From the NCBI RefSeq assembly GCF_018977255.1, contig NW_024704742.1, positions 52,950,001-53,014,000 on the forward strand: a DNA stretch of 64,000 bases, read 5' to 3'. Shown here one piece after another: positions 50,953 to 63,654 of this stretch. The notes under the pieces are model-generated. The model ran no database searches. It was not told the DNA's origin and saw only the letters and a program-made list of their open reading frames with translations. Both the position numbers and the translations under genes were made by a program. How positions within the stretch are numbered: position 1 is the first letter of the stretch; each line of letters starts with the position of its first letter. This stretch comes from Callorhinchus milii. Lineage: Eukaryota.

Positions 50953-52144
50953 CTCGAATGTAGTTGACCACTTTTGTAACTGTGTCCACGACATTGCTTA
51001 GTTTTAGAACACTCTTACAGTAAGAGGAGCTCTTGTGGATAATGCAGCGTAGAAAAACAATATTCTGTTCTGGATTTGTTGCTTTGACTTGATCTTGAAT
51101 TCTTTTCAGTAACCCAACATTTTTGCCTGTCAGATTTGGACTTCCATTGGTGGTCACATTCACCAATTTTTTCCACTCCACTCCTAATTTTAAGATACAC
51201 TTATTTATTGCCTCCAAAAAGTCTTCTCCAGTTGTTGTATCTCTCACTGACAGCATTGATGTCAATTCTTCTGTGAGCTCAAAGCGTTTGGTGATACCTC
51301 GAATAAAACTTATCAACTGGGCTGTGTCTTTGACATCACAACTCTCATTGAGTGCCAGTGAAAAACATGCAAAATTGCTTACTTTATTTTGTAACTGCAG
51401 ATACAGGTTCTCAGAGATATCCTCAACATGTCTCACAATAGTTCCCCTTGACAAGCTAATGTTCTCGAACTGTTTTTTCTTGTCTGGGGATAAAATCGAG
51501 GCAGAGTCAACCATACATTCCTTTATAAATTCTCCTTCAGAGAATGGTTTGCTGTTCTTGGCGATTTTGTGTGCAATCACATAACTCACTCTTGTAATCT
51601 CATCCTGGGACGCAAATTGTTTTGTGAAAATGCTTTGCTCTTTTTGCATTCGAACAACTATCTCATCAGCTTTCTTTCCCTTTTCTTCGGCAGAAATTCT
51701 TATTTATATTTGCAAGCATGTTTGCTCTCAAAATGGCGATTCAAGTTGTAGTCTTTCTTTGCAAATTAAGTACACAGCTTTTCCACCCACACTGGTAAAA
51801 AAATATTTAGAAGTCCATTCTTTGTTGAATATTCGACCTTCAGCGTCCACTTTCCGCTTCTTTGATAAACCCATTTCCAATTAACATCCTCTGCAGTGAA
51901 AAGTATTGCCACGGTTGCCGTGCGCGCGTTTGTAAATTTGACGATCCGTACATTTCTGATGTCAGCCTGATTCAACACTTAAGGGAGCATGCGCACAACT
52001 AAGCAGTGATTGGCTGATGTTCCCGCTCACCTTCAAATGCGAAATTTGGGACTGAACGAACTATCATTTTTCTATTGCTAGACACAATGACAGGCCAGAT
52101 AGAATCATTTGGAGGGCCAGATATGGGCATTTTGCCCACCCCTG
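50953..52144 (-). mobile_element. hAT DNA transposon 5' half (Charlie/SPIN/GTF2IRD2-like transposase, frameshifted)
   Basis: TIR CAGGGGTGGGCAAA (52131-44) flanked by ATCTAG. ATG at 51874 gives MGLSKKRKVDAEGRIFNKEW; then KPFSEGEFIKEC, FSLALNESCDVKDTAQL and TTNGSPN, with expected catalytic Asp positions reading Asn. Confidence 0.9.
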
Positions 52145-52213
52145 ATCTAGGGGATAGACAGGACATTTTCATTTAGTCAGACAGAACTTAACTCCCAGAG
52201 ATGGCAAGGCCAT

Positions 52214-52578
52214 TTTATTAATACTACTGTACACCCAGTTTCTCGTACATTTACAGTTAAGAACTGCTTTATAAAACATTTTTAAAAATTAAAATTTTAT
52301 TAAACGGAATAGTACAGTAATCACTCAGAGCTTTAAACATTTCGCCATAACTATAATTCAGTATGATTTATATGCCTTGCAAACCATCTGTGACCTAGAA
52401 GAACATATTAAATTGTTGCTGCAAGCAATCCACAGGAATGAGTACAAAAAACAATCAATTCTTATTCGCAAATAAATAGCTCAGATGTCTTAGAAGGCAG
52501 TTTTGACATAATATAGCTGCAATAAATCAAAGAGATGAATTTCTCCTTCATAATTTTCAAAGAGGTGTAAATTTTATT
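52214..52578 (-). promoter_or_regulatory. Candidate AASDH poly(A) signals
   Basis: TTTATT on + (AATAAA on -) at 52573, 52296 and about 52214, downstream of the stop codon. Confidence 0.4.
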
Positions 52579-53109
52579 CAATATGCAATTACACTGATGT
52601 TTTGCTTCAAGTGTTATTTGTTGCTCGAGATGTTTACCAGACTTATTGCAGACTACAATACAGTAAAGGTTACATCCACTAAATATATCAACCTTATATC
52701 ATCTGCAATAGGAAATGAGAACAGAGCAACATTTTGTTAGCTGAACCTTGGCTGTCGACATAAATTGTCGTTAAGTAAACACCATGCCTTCTGATCATGT
52801 CATGCCAACCCAACCTGACTCATCTGTAGGGCTTGGAAAGGCAGATCAGTCAGTGGGGCAGGGATTATTCCCACTGAACTCCTGTTAACCTGAAAGCCAA
52901 AGCACTATCAGGTGGGATGGTCCTACCTGGGCAAGCAGTGGAAAACTTTACCAGACAGTGCTTTTGATGGCAAGTTATGTTTTTTTTTGCTGGTTAAACT
53001 TCAGCAGTACGCCATCACACACCCTGGGCAGCCTGTGCCTAATACTCTCCGGAATTAGGTAAGCAGGAAGCACCATTCCACAAACTGCTCAGCTTCACCC
53101 AATATAGTA

Positions 53110-53511
53110 CTATGAATTTTCTTCTGTTGTGGATATCTCTAAACAATAGACATAGTTGTTTCTACAACCAACAATAAGTGTCTTTCTCCATAAGACTGGT
53201 GAGGAATACACGTCACCTGGAAGTGAATATGCTGCAACCAATTTTCCTGTTGCCGCCCCCAGGATCCATATCTTTCCATCTGTTGACGTTACAGCAACCA
53301 GTTTTTCAGTATTCAGACCATAGTCGCTATAAACAAATGGGATTGAGTACACTTGTTTGCTGGCTTTAAACTTCCACACAAGGTCCCCATCTTCATTCAG
53401 GCAGTACACAAAAGAGTCATGAGATCCACATATTACCATCTGATCTGATTCAGAGAAACTTGAGATGCACGGTGAAGAAAAGATTGGGCCATCGGTCAAG
53501 AACTGCCAAAT
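53110..53511 (-). CDS. AASDH: AASDH last coding exon (IWQFLTDGPIFSSP...VGCRNNYVYCLEISTTEENS*)
   Basis: ttcAG acceptor, TAG at 53110-12; PQQ-like repeats. Confidence 0.96.
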   Translation of the reverse strand: MWQFLTDGPIFSSPCISSFSESDQMVICGSHDSFVYCLNEDGDLVWKFKASKQVYSIPFVYSDYGLNTEKLVAVTSTDGKIWILGAATGKLVAAYSLPGDVYSSPVLWRKTLIVGCRNNYVYCLEISTTEENS

Positions 53512-55642
53512 CTGAAAATGAAGCAAAGTTAAGTTTTAACTAACGTACCCAAGAATGTTATTACAGAACATTGCACAAATGAACTTGTGCCCTTATTTTT
53601 AATAACTGGAACACAATTCCTCAGTTTCAAAATTGAAACTGGATTCAGATAGAACAAAAAGATACAGCCCTTTTTTGTAGTCCTTCCCCTACCCCCAGCT
53701 CGGAGTCGTGCTCCGCCATTGTCAAGCACTCTGGAACCCTACCCTGCATGAGGGGAGCTATATAAATTCAAATTATTATTGTTGTTTATTGTTGTTGTTG
53801 TCAATCAGGTGTCTGATACATGTGGAAAGCTATCAACATTCTTAAGAGTATACAAACTGAATGGAGTTCCACTCATCCCACCTATACATGAAATTCCCAT
53901 GTGTTGGAATGGAATGTGCACTCTCTTCCTTGAGGGACACAACCTGTTTACCTAACTCCAGAGAGTATTAGGCACATGCTGTCAAGAGTCAGGGCTTGGT
54001 GATCCCAGAGTATGCATTGGGGTACTACTGGAGTTTAACAAGATACAAACCACACAACTTTCCATGGAAAGCACTATTTGGCAAGCCTTCCCTCTGCTTG
54101 TCCTGCTATCTGTTAGGACTTTGGCTTGTGGAGTTAACAGCTGAGTGGGAGGAATTTCTGCCTCCAGTGACTGGTTTGCTTATATTCATGAGCCAGGTTG
54201 ACTGGGCTGTCATGAGCAGTGCCCTGTTTGTGATCATAAGTGAATTATTGTTTTAGTTAAGTTGGATTTGTTTATACTCATTAGTCAGTGTTGAAACGAC
54301 TTGCAGATCTACAATCCTAATTTAACTGAGCTGCATTGCAGAAGCTCTCAGCATGACAGGTGGTACAGGGTAGCTGGTAATAACTCTGGATAATGTGTAC
54401 TGAGAAGACGTCAGTATGCTGTGTGTTATGAACAGTTACATTGGCTAAGAAAGAAGTGAATTTGTTACTGCAGCAGTAGATTGTTGATGTACGTCCTGTA
54501 TCGCCCTAATCAGAGTCAGCCTAAGATCCAAGACTGACCTGATTAAACATCTATTAGGTAGGTGAGGACGTGCTGACCTGCACAGATCAGCCTGAAGTAA
54601 AAAAGGGAACCATGATATGCAGGATAGCTGAGCTACATTTTGGGCAGTTTCAGTTAGTGAAAGAGTGAGTATGATTTTGCTCCTCCAGGAAGGCAGAACT
54701 CCCACCCTAGATTCTGAAACTCAAACTACTCGAATGTTCAGATTCCAGTAACATTGGAGGAAAAAAGAACACACTTCAATACAAGAACAAAACTGCAAAA
54801 CTCCCACTATTATCAGCCTTCCCAAACAAGAGATGTTTGTTTGCTGCCTATGAACTTTGATATTGTCACTACAGTGACATACTACTCGTGAGCGTAACAG
54901 CATAATATTGCCGATTGTAACCATGTTTATTGAATCAGTACAAAGTTACATGCCTTTTTGCCTTAGTAATTAAATGAGTTATTGAACCCAGAATATAAGT
55001 GACTTTAATTGCTCACTTCTTGCGTTCCAGACTTTATAAGTTGACCAAACAAAATAAATTGGTCTTTTCCTTTTGACCCAGTGGTTAATTCCACTGATGG
55101 TTGACTCCCAGTCTTCAACAGAATGGGTAGCTCCACTGCTGGTATACCTGGAACCCAACCCCTGGAGTCCTGCGGATCGCCTGACTCAGGCACCCAGACT
55201 ATTGAGACTGCCATACAGTGCTGACTCAACTTCCATATTCTATTGCCAAGCATGTCACCCTGGAGCCAATTCAGCTCCACAGAACCACCACTTGCCTCCC
55301 CCCCCACCCCTCCAAGGAGGATAACCCGTAGTTGGTAATTTGACATCCAATAGAGCAAGTCTGAGCTCTTACTGGGTACCAGGAACTTTCTTCAAGCTTC
55401 CTGGCTGGCAGCACAGCTCAGCAGGTAATGTGTGAGAGCATTACCGCGATCTTCCTGCCCACAGCTCAAAAACATACCCATTGAACCACCATTGAGAGAC
55501 AGCACATATTATGGAGCTTCACAAAAAATCAGCAGTTTAGATATTGAAAATTAAACTGACAAAATTATCTGGATCTAAATAAAACCAAAGGCAATGATTT
55601 CTACGATTTCACTTTACATCTAAACCCTGCATCAAATGTTAC

Positions 55643-55774
55643 CTGGTGTCCCTGATGGTTAAAGCAGTACAGATTCCCATCTACACAACCAATAAACACA
55701 GACATGGCCGTACATTGTGGTGAGGAGAACAAGGGTTTTCCACAGGAATGCTTCCACATTATATTCCCAGTATC
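55643..55774 (-). CDS. AASDH: AASDH exon (DTGNIMWKHSCGKPLFSSP...GCVDGNLYCFNHQGHQ)
   Basis: PQQ-like repeat; 132 nt, phase 0/0, GT-AG. Confidence 0.95.
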
Positions 55775-56327
55775 CTGAAAAAAAACAATCAGTTCAATGC
55801 TTGCAATTTCCTTTAAGAGAAAATATGTAAATTTGTGAAATATTACCACAAAAAAAAATTAGGCATTTTCATTTCTGGAGTCCCTGTACTTTAATTGTAA
55901 AATGTGTTGCATTTTAATGCTGTATTGTGTGCGTAAATATTTACCCAAGTACTATTTCAAGATTTTTCTCCTACATATTTCCTTTACAAATTTTCAATGT
56001 TCAATTTAACATCTGATATTCATACACTGCACACTGTCAACAACATGAATATTTTCAGGTACAAATTAACCATTGTTTTAATACAACATAATTGGTGATG
56101 TTTAGACTTGTCATGAGTTTTCAGCTTGCAACTTAGCATATTGAAATACAGTGATAGTGTACATTCTGCACAGACATGGTGGGCTGATTGCTCTTCTTTT
56201 GTGCTGCAAATTTCTGTGGTTCTATTAACATGAACAGTGGACCTGAAACAATGAGTACAAGATATGCAGTTGTATATAAAAATCTACTTTTGTACTGTAA
56301 CAGGATTGACACATCTTAGTCACTTAC

Positions 56328-56453
56328 TGGATTGATAGCAAGTAATGAATTCCCAAGAGTCGCTACATAGAGCAGTCGTGGTGACTTATTTAAACAAGCA
56401 GATGAGAACACAGCTCCTCCTCCACAGTGCAATTTCCAGACACATTCTTTTCT
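56328..56453 (-). CDS. AASDH: AASDH exon (RKECVWKLHCGGGAVFSS...LYVATLGNSLLAINP)
   Basis: Translated by hand (this frame is not in the ORF track); tAG acceptor, GTAAGT donor, 126 nt. Confidence 0.92.
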
Positions 56454-57492
56454 CTATTCGGAAGAAGATAGCAAACCATTAAACAGGATATATTGCAAAT
56501 GTGAGGATTGGTTATCATAATAAAAAAAAATAATCTCTTATGTTTAGGGAAATAGTTTATGGTCAATTTATAGCAGCCTGTCAAATTATAAACTTAGCTA
56601 AAAAGCTCAGACAGACTGATAACCCAAGGTATTGATTGATCAGTACAAAATCATAGCATTGTAACTTGATATGTTATTCTATGTTTCCACACACATCACT
56701 GTGTAGGATCTCCAGTGTGCACTTTTATAAAGACTGTTTTGGTCCAGGTTAGAACCATAGACATTTACAGCAAAGAAGAGCAACAACAAATTACATTTAA
56801 TATAGCGCCTTTCATGTCGGGAAGACATCCCAAGCCGATGGACAATGAGGGTTTTGACCCGAGCTGCAGGTTGGGATCGGAGAGTAAGATGACCAAAGGC
56901 AGTTGAAAAGGATGGTCTTGAGATGGGCCTTGAAAGACAAGGGAAGGAGGGAGGCGGAGAAACTCTGGGATGGAGTTGCAGAGGGTATAATTTACACCTT
57001 TTTTAGATATTTATCTAATTTCCTATTGAAAGCCAATATGGATTGTGCCTCAACCACATCTCCTGACAGGACATTCCGTATCCAACAACTCAGTGTGAAA
57101 ATAAATCTCATAATCTCTCCATTTACTAAGGCACAAGGCTGTCACTTTGCGTTCACAACACAAACTTTAATGCTACTTATTATATCTGGCTTCTCTAGTT
57201 TTAATAAAAAGTGTTTCCTCCCTTGTTTCATCTGTTATATACTTTTTTGCCACCACTTTCTATTTTCCTTAGTGTTCTTTTATCCTATTTGGTTTTCTAC
57301 CCTAAGCTTAAAATTTTATTTCCATTCTTTTCTTTAGCATATACACTATAGGGGAAGAACCAAACAAGTTTTATTTGTATTTCTAGTGAGAATAATTTGA
57401 ACATAATGTACTCCCTTTAGACTTTATTTCCGTTTAGCTGGTTAATGCAGATCTTTCAAAACTCAAAATATATGAACTATTGAATTTCTTAC

Positions 57493-57656
57493 AAATATAT
57501 CCAAAGCATAAATGTGCTCGTCATGTGATCCGACATAAATCAATCCATGGTCAGGATCCACAATAGGAGAGCTTTTCACTGAATTCCCAGTGCAAAACAT
57601 CCAGTACGTTTTCCCATCATCGCTTCTTAGCACATAAACAGAACCATCATAACAAC
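57493..57656 (-). CDS. AASDH: AASDH exon (GCYDGSVYVL...VGSHDEHIYALDIF)
   Basis: PQQ-like repeats; 164 nt, phase 1/0, GT-AG. Confidence 0.95.
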
Positions 57657-58821
57657 CTGGAGAAATGAATAAGGAAGAAATCATGCAAAGTAATTACTAG
57701 TAAAGCCATTTCACATTGGAAGAATTTCTATATGGAGAACTGAAAATGCTCTGTCAAAGTTCTGAATCTCCAGATAAGAGCTGGCTTTTTGATTCTTCTG
57801 ATCACTAAACTGTTTTGCAACTCGCAATATATCCAAGAAAAAACTCAAGCTTTCATTATTTCTGAAGTGGGCAGTTTGGCTGCAGGACAACTTTATAACA
57901 CTTGTGGATCTGAACAATCCTGAGCTTCCAACTGTTAGCCTCCTTGATGTAATTAAGATCTTCCTCCTTGCAGCAATCTCACTGAATTACAATGTAAACT
58001 CATCGCATCAACTCTCCTTCTACTTCAGCCTTTGTCAGGGCTTTAAACCAAAGTCCTTTACTTCCCACAGTCTTCCCTCCCTCCTTCAATTTAACAAGAT
58101 TTTCAAACCCAAGCTGGGTGTCACTTAACCACTACAGTAGAATGCCCTTTAATCAATTCACTCTATAGCATATTCTGTGAAGCGCTTTGAGACGTCTAGA
58201 AGACTTAAAAAGCGCTATATCAAATGCAAGGATTATTATTATTATCTACGTATAGCCCTCTAATCCAAAGTTGGACCCCAGTCCTGTGAGATACTGGAGA
58301 AAATATTGTAATGCACATGTAGGAAGTTGTGCACTGTTTCTAGCCATGTTCTAAACCTGGCTTTAATATTCACATTGGGTGCATGTGCCCAACAATGGGC
58401 CCTACAAGACACCAGCAAAATGCAGTTATGTGCCAGGTTTCTAGGGACGCACTGATTTTACTCATAGTTAAAAATGAGCCAAGCTGATACACTTCAAATC
58501 TATTACGTTTAATTTTACTGTATTTTAAACAGATATGCCGGCCTTCAAGCTTCAGTTGTTAAGGTATATTCATCCTTTCAACAGATGGGGTAGACTTGTG
58601 CACTTATTCATCAATTAAAAAATGAAATTAAGCAAAAACAATCGTAACAATTGATTCAACCTCATTTTTTGTTCAACTAGGATTTTTTCATTTTCCCTCA
58701 GTATCTTTATCATTTTGTACAAATACAAATCCCATTCCCGTAGCCAAATAATTGTACTTTTCTCACTTCAGCTACCAAAATGTTGCTGCGTGGGCTAAGC
58801 AGTAAAAGGTTAGTTTCATAC

Positions 58822-59743
58822 CTACAACTATAAAGTTTCCACATCTTGATATACATGCAGATGACTCAATCCTGTCTCCAAGAAGTGTCTCCCATTTAAG
58901 TCTCCCAGAAAACACCTCAATCGCCTGCATTCTGTGTGAGTGAGACCCAATGTAGACAGTTGCATCTGAGCCACTACTGCCAGATATTACCAGTAAAGGA
59001 GATGCATCCACACATTTTCCGGTGTCGGACTTCCACCTCATCTGCAATGAGACCGTTCTGCAATTAACAGGACTTTCTCCTGGGAAGAATCTTCCGGAAC
59101 TATGTGATGGCTGTTTGACACCTTTTTCCAAAGATTCTTGAGTAACAAGAGTGTTCTCCTCAATTAATGAACTCTTCACAATCATGAACTCACTTGTTCT
59201 TTCAGAGAAGGAAGTAGATTCAGTTCTGTTTCTTTCTCGATTTGATTTAAAATCCGGCAACTTGCCATCCGAAGACTGTTCTGTCAGACTTACGTCCTCT
59301 TGTATATTATTAGGAATGTTCGTATAATATTCACAACTTACTTCCAGATTTTGTTTTAAGATCTGGCTCCCTCTACTTATAGCTGTGATATTACTAATAC
59401 TGTTTTGACCAAATGTTGATGCTGCAGTTCTCTGCTGTTTTAATACTTTTGAATGGGATCCTTCCGTCTCACTGTTCCATACTTTTCTTTTCATTCTACT
59501 TTTTTCATCCACAAACTCCTCTGAGTCCTTAGTTTTATCAGAAAAAATTATGTTCGTAATATGATTATAAATGTCCTGAATGGAGTTGTTCAGAATGACT
59601 TCGAGAAGCCCAGATACTGACTGTCCGATGAGTGTCTCTATTTCTTCTGCAAACTTTAGAGCTTTTAAGGAGTCTCCCCCACTGTACAAGAACATGGAAG
59701 AATCAGAAAGAACTGGCCGGTTTTCTGGAAGATTGAGCACAGT
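58822..59743 (-). CDS. AASDH: AASDH exon: carrier domain (FLYSGGDSLK), linker, start of PQQ-type propeller (WKSDTGKCVDASPL)
   Basis: Within the 350-aa ORF; GGDS phosphopantetheine motif at 59669-59680; 922 nt, phase 0/1. Confidence 0.96.
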
Positions 59744-60448
59744 CTGCAAATGTACAACAGCATAAAATGAATGTACGGTACACATTAAAATACAATCTAG
59801 ATTCACCTGCAGATTCTCTATCAAAACCTTATAATTGAAGTTCTGTTCAGTGATCTTACTCTTTCTTCAGTGAGTTTACTCAAATAGTTGTAAACATAAT
59901 TTGCTGGTTCAAGAAAGAGGTTTGATTAAGGCCTTGAACCTACAACAGAGTAGGTGGTTCAGCTGCAGAATATATCTGTTTCAGTTCCACAAAAAATCCT
60001 GAATCTGGTACAAGTTCATTCCAAAGTCACTCAATAAAGGTATTTTCATTGCACAGAGAACACTGCACAGTCAGACTCACACCATAAAGCACCTGTTGGA
60101 CAGTTTTGGTGTCCGTATGTATTTTGGAGTGAACCTGAATCAGATTCAGCAGCTATTGTAGAATTGTCACAGGCAGCTGATGGTCAAATGTAAAGTCAGC
60201 ATTTCAAGCAGCTGTTTTGAAACATGAGCTCAGTATGGACTGGAGTGTGAAATTTATGTAGTTATTATCAACTGATGTCCACAAGTAAATGACAACCTGG
60301 TTCTTGTCGCATAAAACATTTTTTTGGAAAACCCCAAACAATTGAAGGATTTGATGGACTGCCTATTCTCAAATGTCTGTTACAGTGATTCAATATAAAT
60401 CTTATAAATCAGCAATAATCCAGACTATTACAGGCACTGCAACCTCAC

Positions 60449-60567
60449 CTTCCAAAGGTGACAAATGCCTTCCCAAAGGTCTTCTTTTCTCCATAGCACA
60501 CAACTTGACTTTCTCCCTTCTTTCTCTTCATGGTAAATTTCTATCAGTGCAGTTATATTTACTTTGC
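60449..60567 (-). CDS. AASDH: AASDH exon (GKVNITALIEIY...KEDLWEGICHLWK)
   Basis: tAG acceptor, AAG|GTGAG donor, 119 nt, phase 1/0. Confidence 0.9.
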
Positions 60568-61488
60568 CTAATGAAGAGATAATATGAAAATAATAAAATA
60601 TTAATAATCCTTGCATTTGATATAGAGCCTTTCAAATCAAGAGGAAGTCTCAAAGTGCTTATTATTATTATTATTATACCTGCTTCATGTCCCCGCTTGC
60701 CCTGCCCCATGATTGGTGGGGGAGCTTTCAGTCACTGGAAAATGAAGTGACTGTGTATTTTATGGGCAAATGCTTCTTTAAACTGAACTAATATTTTTAT
60801 GATCCACAGTAAGTGATTTCTAAAGTATATTTTCGGGTGGGGAAGAGTCCACTACTGTTAAAGCAATCTTACAAAAAGATTACAGGGGGAATTAAGGTTT
60901 AAAATTGTACGAGGAAAAGACGTGGTTACATATTTGGCATAAAAATAAGGCAGAATCAAAGGATATGATTTTAAAGCAAGAAAGCTACAAGCTAAAATGA
61001 ACACGCTAATTAACACATATTCTTTTCACTTATCACATCAATTTATATGTATATCAATTCATCAAACAATTCAGTCATTTAATGATTTAACAAAGAGTAG
61101 ACTCTTGTTAGTTTGAAGTAGGCACAAAATATGAATGAAACTCAGACTGGTGCTGTAAAAATAAAAGAACGAGACAACAGAGGAAATTGAATGGCCCTTT
61201 TGTGTTCCTATGTAGTGAAAATAAAATACTTATTAGAAATCCTCCATTTTTACCCCACCCAAAGAATGGATAATGTGCTAATTGGTTGTTCTACACATAA
61301 CAATAAACCCAATTTTTATTTTTTTAATATTTAAATATGTTTTAACCTCTTTGTGCTTACAACCTATCATACTGTATCATTAATATAAACAGAAATGTTG
61401 GTTATATCCAAGAAATCAAAAAATTATTTTACCATGATTCTGAAAGTTTTAAAAAATAATTTCTTTTTGAAATTTGACATTTATTTAC

Positions 61489-61708
61489 CGTGAGCTGTAA
61501 ATGGTAGCGAATCGATGTGGACAACGCCATCTGGGATCGCATAGGAGGGCAAAATCTTTCCTAGAGCAAGGAGGATCTCTGTGTGGAAATTTGCAGCACT
61601 TTCTTTACTCTGCTCAGACATGTGCCTGGGTACGATAAAGAGAACCATCTTATCTTGCTCACAACTGGTCACTGCACAAGCTTCCACCTGCTTCAAACGT
61701 TCAGCTGC
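61489..61708 (-). CDS. AASDH: AASDH exon (VEACAVT...LPSYAIPD...LPFTAHG)
   Basis: AMP-binding C-terminal subdomain; the LPxTxxGK motif spans the junction; 220 nt, phase 0/1. Confidence 0.95.
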
Positions 61709-62188
61709 CTAGAAATATTTGTAAATCAACAAGTGTTTTAAAACAACATATAATATTTTGTCAGATAATTTAAAAAAACTTCAGCTCCCTGACAGCCTAG
61801 TGGGTAAAGATACTGCCTTTTGCAGGGCAGTAGACAATACAGGTTATAGGTTCAAAGTATCGTTCACGTGTGAGCCTCAACAATGAATATTGGTAGATTA
61901 CTCAACTCCCTCTGCATCACAGCCAAACATGATCCTGTCCTCACCCGATTCCTACACCTGTGCACGTTCTTGAACGATCTCATGCTTGCAAATAGAGGAA
62001 ACCCTGCCCGATTTTCCCTACATAATCCAGGACCTTGAGATCAATGTGGTGAACCAACTGTAGACCCAATTCAAATTGGTTCGGTCAACACAGATCAGGA
62101 TTTGAACCTGTAACTGCTCTGTAGGAAATAAAACTGTTGTACATTGTCTTTACACATAATTATGGCCTATAGTTCTTATTAATTTTAC

Positions 62189-62361
62189 CTGCTGCACACT
62201 TCCAAGGTTCACACGTTTCCCATGGCGCTTAATCTGATCATCTTTCCGACCTAAATAATACATATATCCATCTTTCAGAGTTACCCAGTCCCCACTGGCT
62301 CTCATTGTTCCTTGACACACAGTTGTTTCATCGTGAAGAAGGCACACACGCTCTCTACCAC
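62189..62361 (-). CDS. AASDH: AASDH exon, adenylation domain (MRASGDWV...LGRKDDQIKRHGKRVNL); earlier exons lie beyond the window
   Basis: ANL-family motifs (S/T)GD and GRxDxQIKxxG; AG/GT boundaries, 173 nt, phase 1/0. Confidence 0.95.
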
Positions 62362-62669
62362 CTGTCATAAAAACAGTACAATGTTACAACAGCAACAACA
62401 ACAAGGATTTATATAGCGCCCTCCATGCCAGACGGCGTCTCAGAGCGCTTTACAGTAACGGATCCCGGGGCCGAGCCAGGGGGAGGGGGGGGGGGTAGGT
62501 GACCAAAGGCGCGGTCGAAAAGAAGGGTCTTCAGCAGAGACCTGAAAATGTTACACGTCAACAATGTACAAAAAATATATACTATAGGAAACATTTCTAG
62601 ATCCCTTATTAAAAATAACATCTGTATTAGTGCAGCAATAGTATGGAGCAAGTTGAGAGGAAACTATGT

Positions 62670-62990
62670 GGAGTCCTGTAGCTCAGGGGTTAGAGCACTC
62701 GCCTTGCAAGTGAGAGACCTGAGTTCAATTCCAGGCAGAGGGAAACCTTGGGCAAGTTTCCTTACTCCACACAGAGCCTAATAATAATCCCTCCAAAACA
62801 AAAAACAATAATAAATTGGTCATTTTCAATCCACGTTTGTTTGTGGGACATTGCTGTGCGCAATTGGCTGCCATGTTTCGCCCACAAATATTCGGTCAAT
62901 TCACTTTACAGTCTATTCTGTGAAGCACTTTGAGACATCGAGAAGACGTGAAAAGCACTATATCAAATGCAAGGATTATTATTATTATTA
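62670..62990 (+). mobile_element. Full-length tRNA-headed SINE, short subfamily
   Basis: Same head, body and tail as 826-1134. Confidence 0.93.
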
Positions 62991-63654
62991 TAAACTAGAC
63001 GGCTATGCGTATAATTAGGTAGAACATGATAATTTGTTTAGAAGTGCACTGTACCCTCCCAAAGGCGTTGGAGGTAAAGAGGTAAAGTGAACTACCAAAG
63101 ATTTAAAGAATAGCATTCCAGTGATGGGAAATAAAAACACCACCATTGGAGCAGTCATGTCAAAACCGCAGTGTTCCCTGTGAGGTGATAATCCCTTCTT
63201 CCTATTGGGACTGGTGACTGAATTATAGCTGACAGGATTCAGACATGATTTTGAGTACTGGGTCCAGTTATGGACGCCCATCAGGCAGGCTGAATGTCCT
63301 ACTCCTGCTCTTGTGTTCCTTCACAGATACTAGTGAGACAACGCTCTTCATATCCTTTTCAGAAATCAGTCTTTAAATTATCTTCCAGCAGTCGAAACAA
63401 AACAAAGTGAGTTCTTCTGAACAACCTACTATTCAACTATTTTTATTGTATTTTCATAAAAAGCAAACTCTACCTATAAATACTTGCCCCACTCCTTCCT
63501 GGATCACCTGACCAGAGTCATTCCTGACCTCCAACACAGTTCCCAGAAGAGGGAACCCCAGTGGTACAGGCTCTTCAAGTCTATAATGAAGAATCAGATA
63601 AATACAGTTAATAGTTCAAACTCATTTATAGGGTGGTATAGATGTAACAAATGG

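Larger units (their letters stand above)
1555..60770. repeat. Dispersed SINE tail-only fragments near 1555, 3340, 9594, 18090, 19210, 19830, 27118, 28845, 35890, 38262, 38833, 40590, 42412, 43755, 44460, 58150 and 60600
   Basis: Each carries part of CAGTCAATTCACTTTACAG...GTGAAGCGCTTTGAGAC...TATCAAATGCAAGGATTATT in either orientation. Confidence 0.85.

Noticed and set aside
50930..51649. Domesticated GTF2IRD2/ZBED-like gene
   Set aside because: Upstream frameshift, truncation by L2, a TIR still present, and altered catalytic positions indicate a dead transposon
62670..62745. tRNA-Ala(TGC) gene calls at SINE heads (also near 1060, 5190, 15804, 23489 and 63958)
   Set aside because: Each complete copy continues into the SINE body and tail, stems are imperfect, and no terminator follows the tRNA-like part
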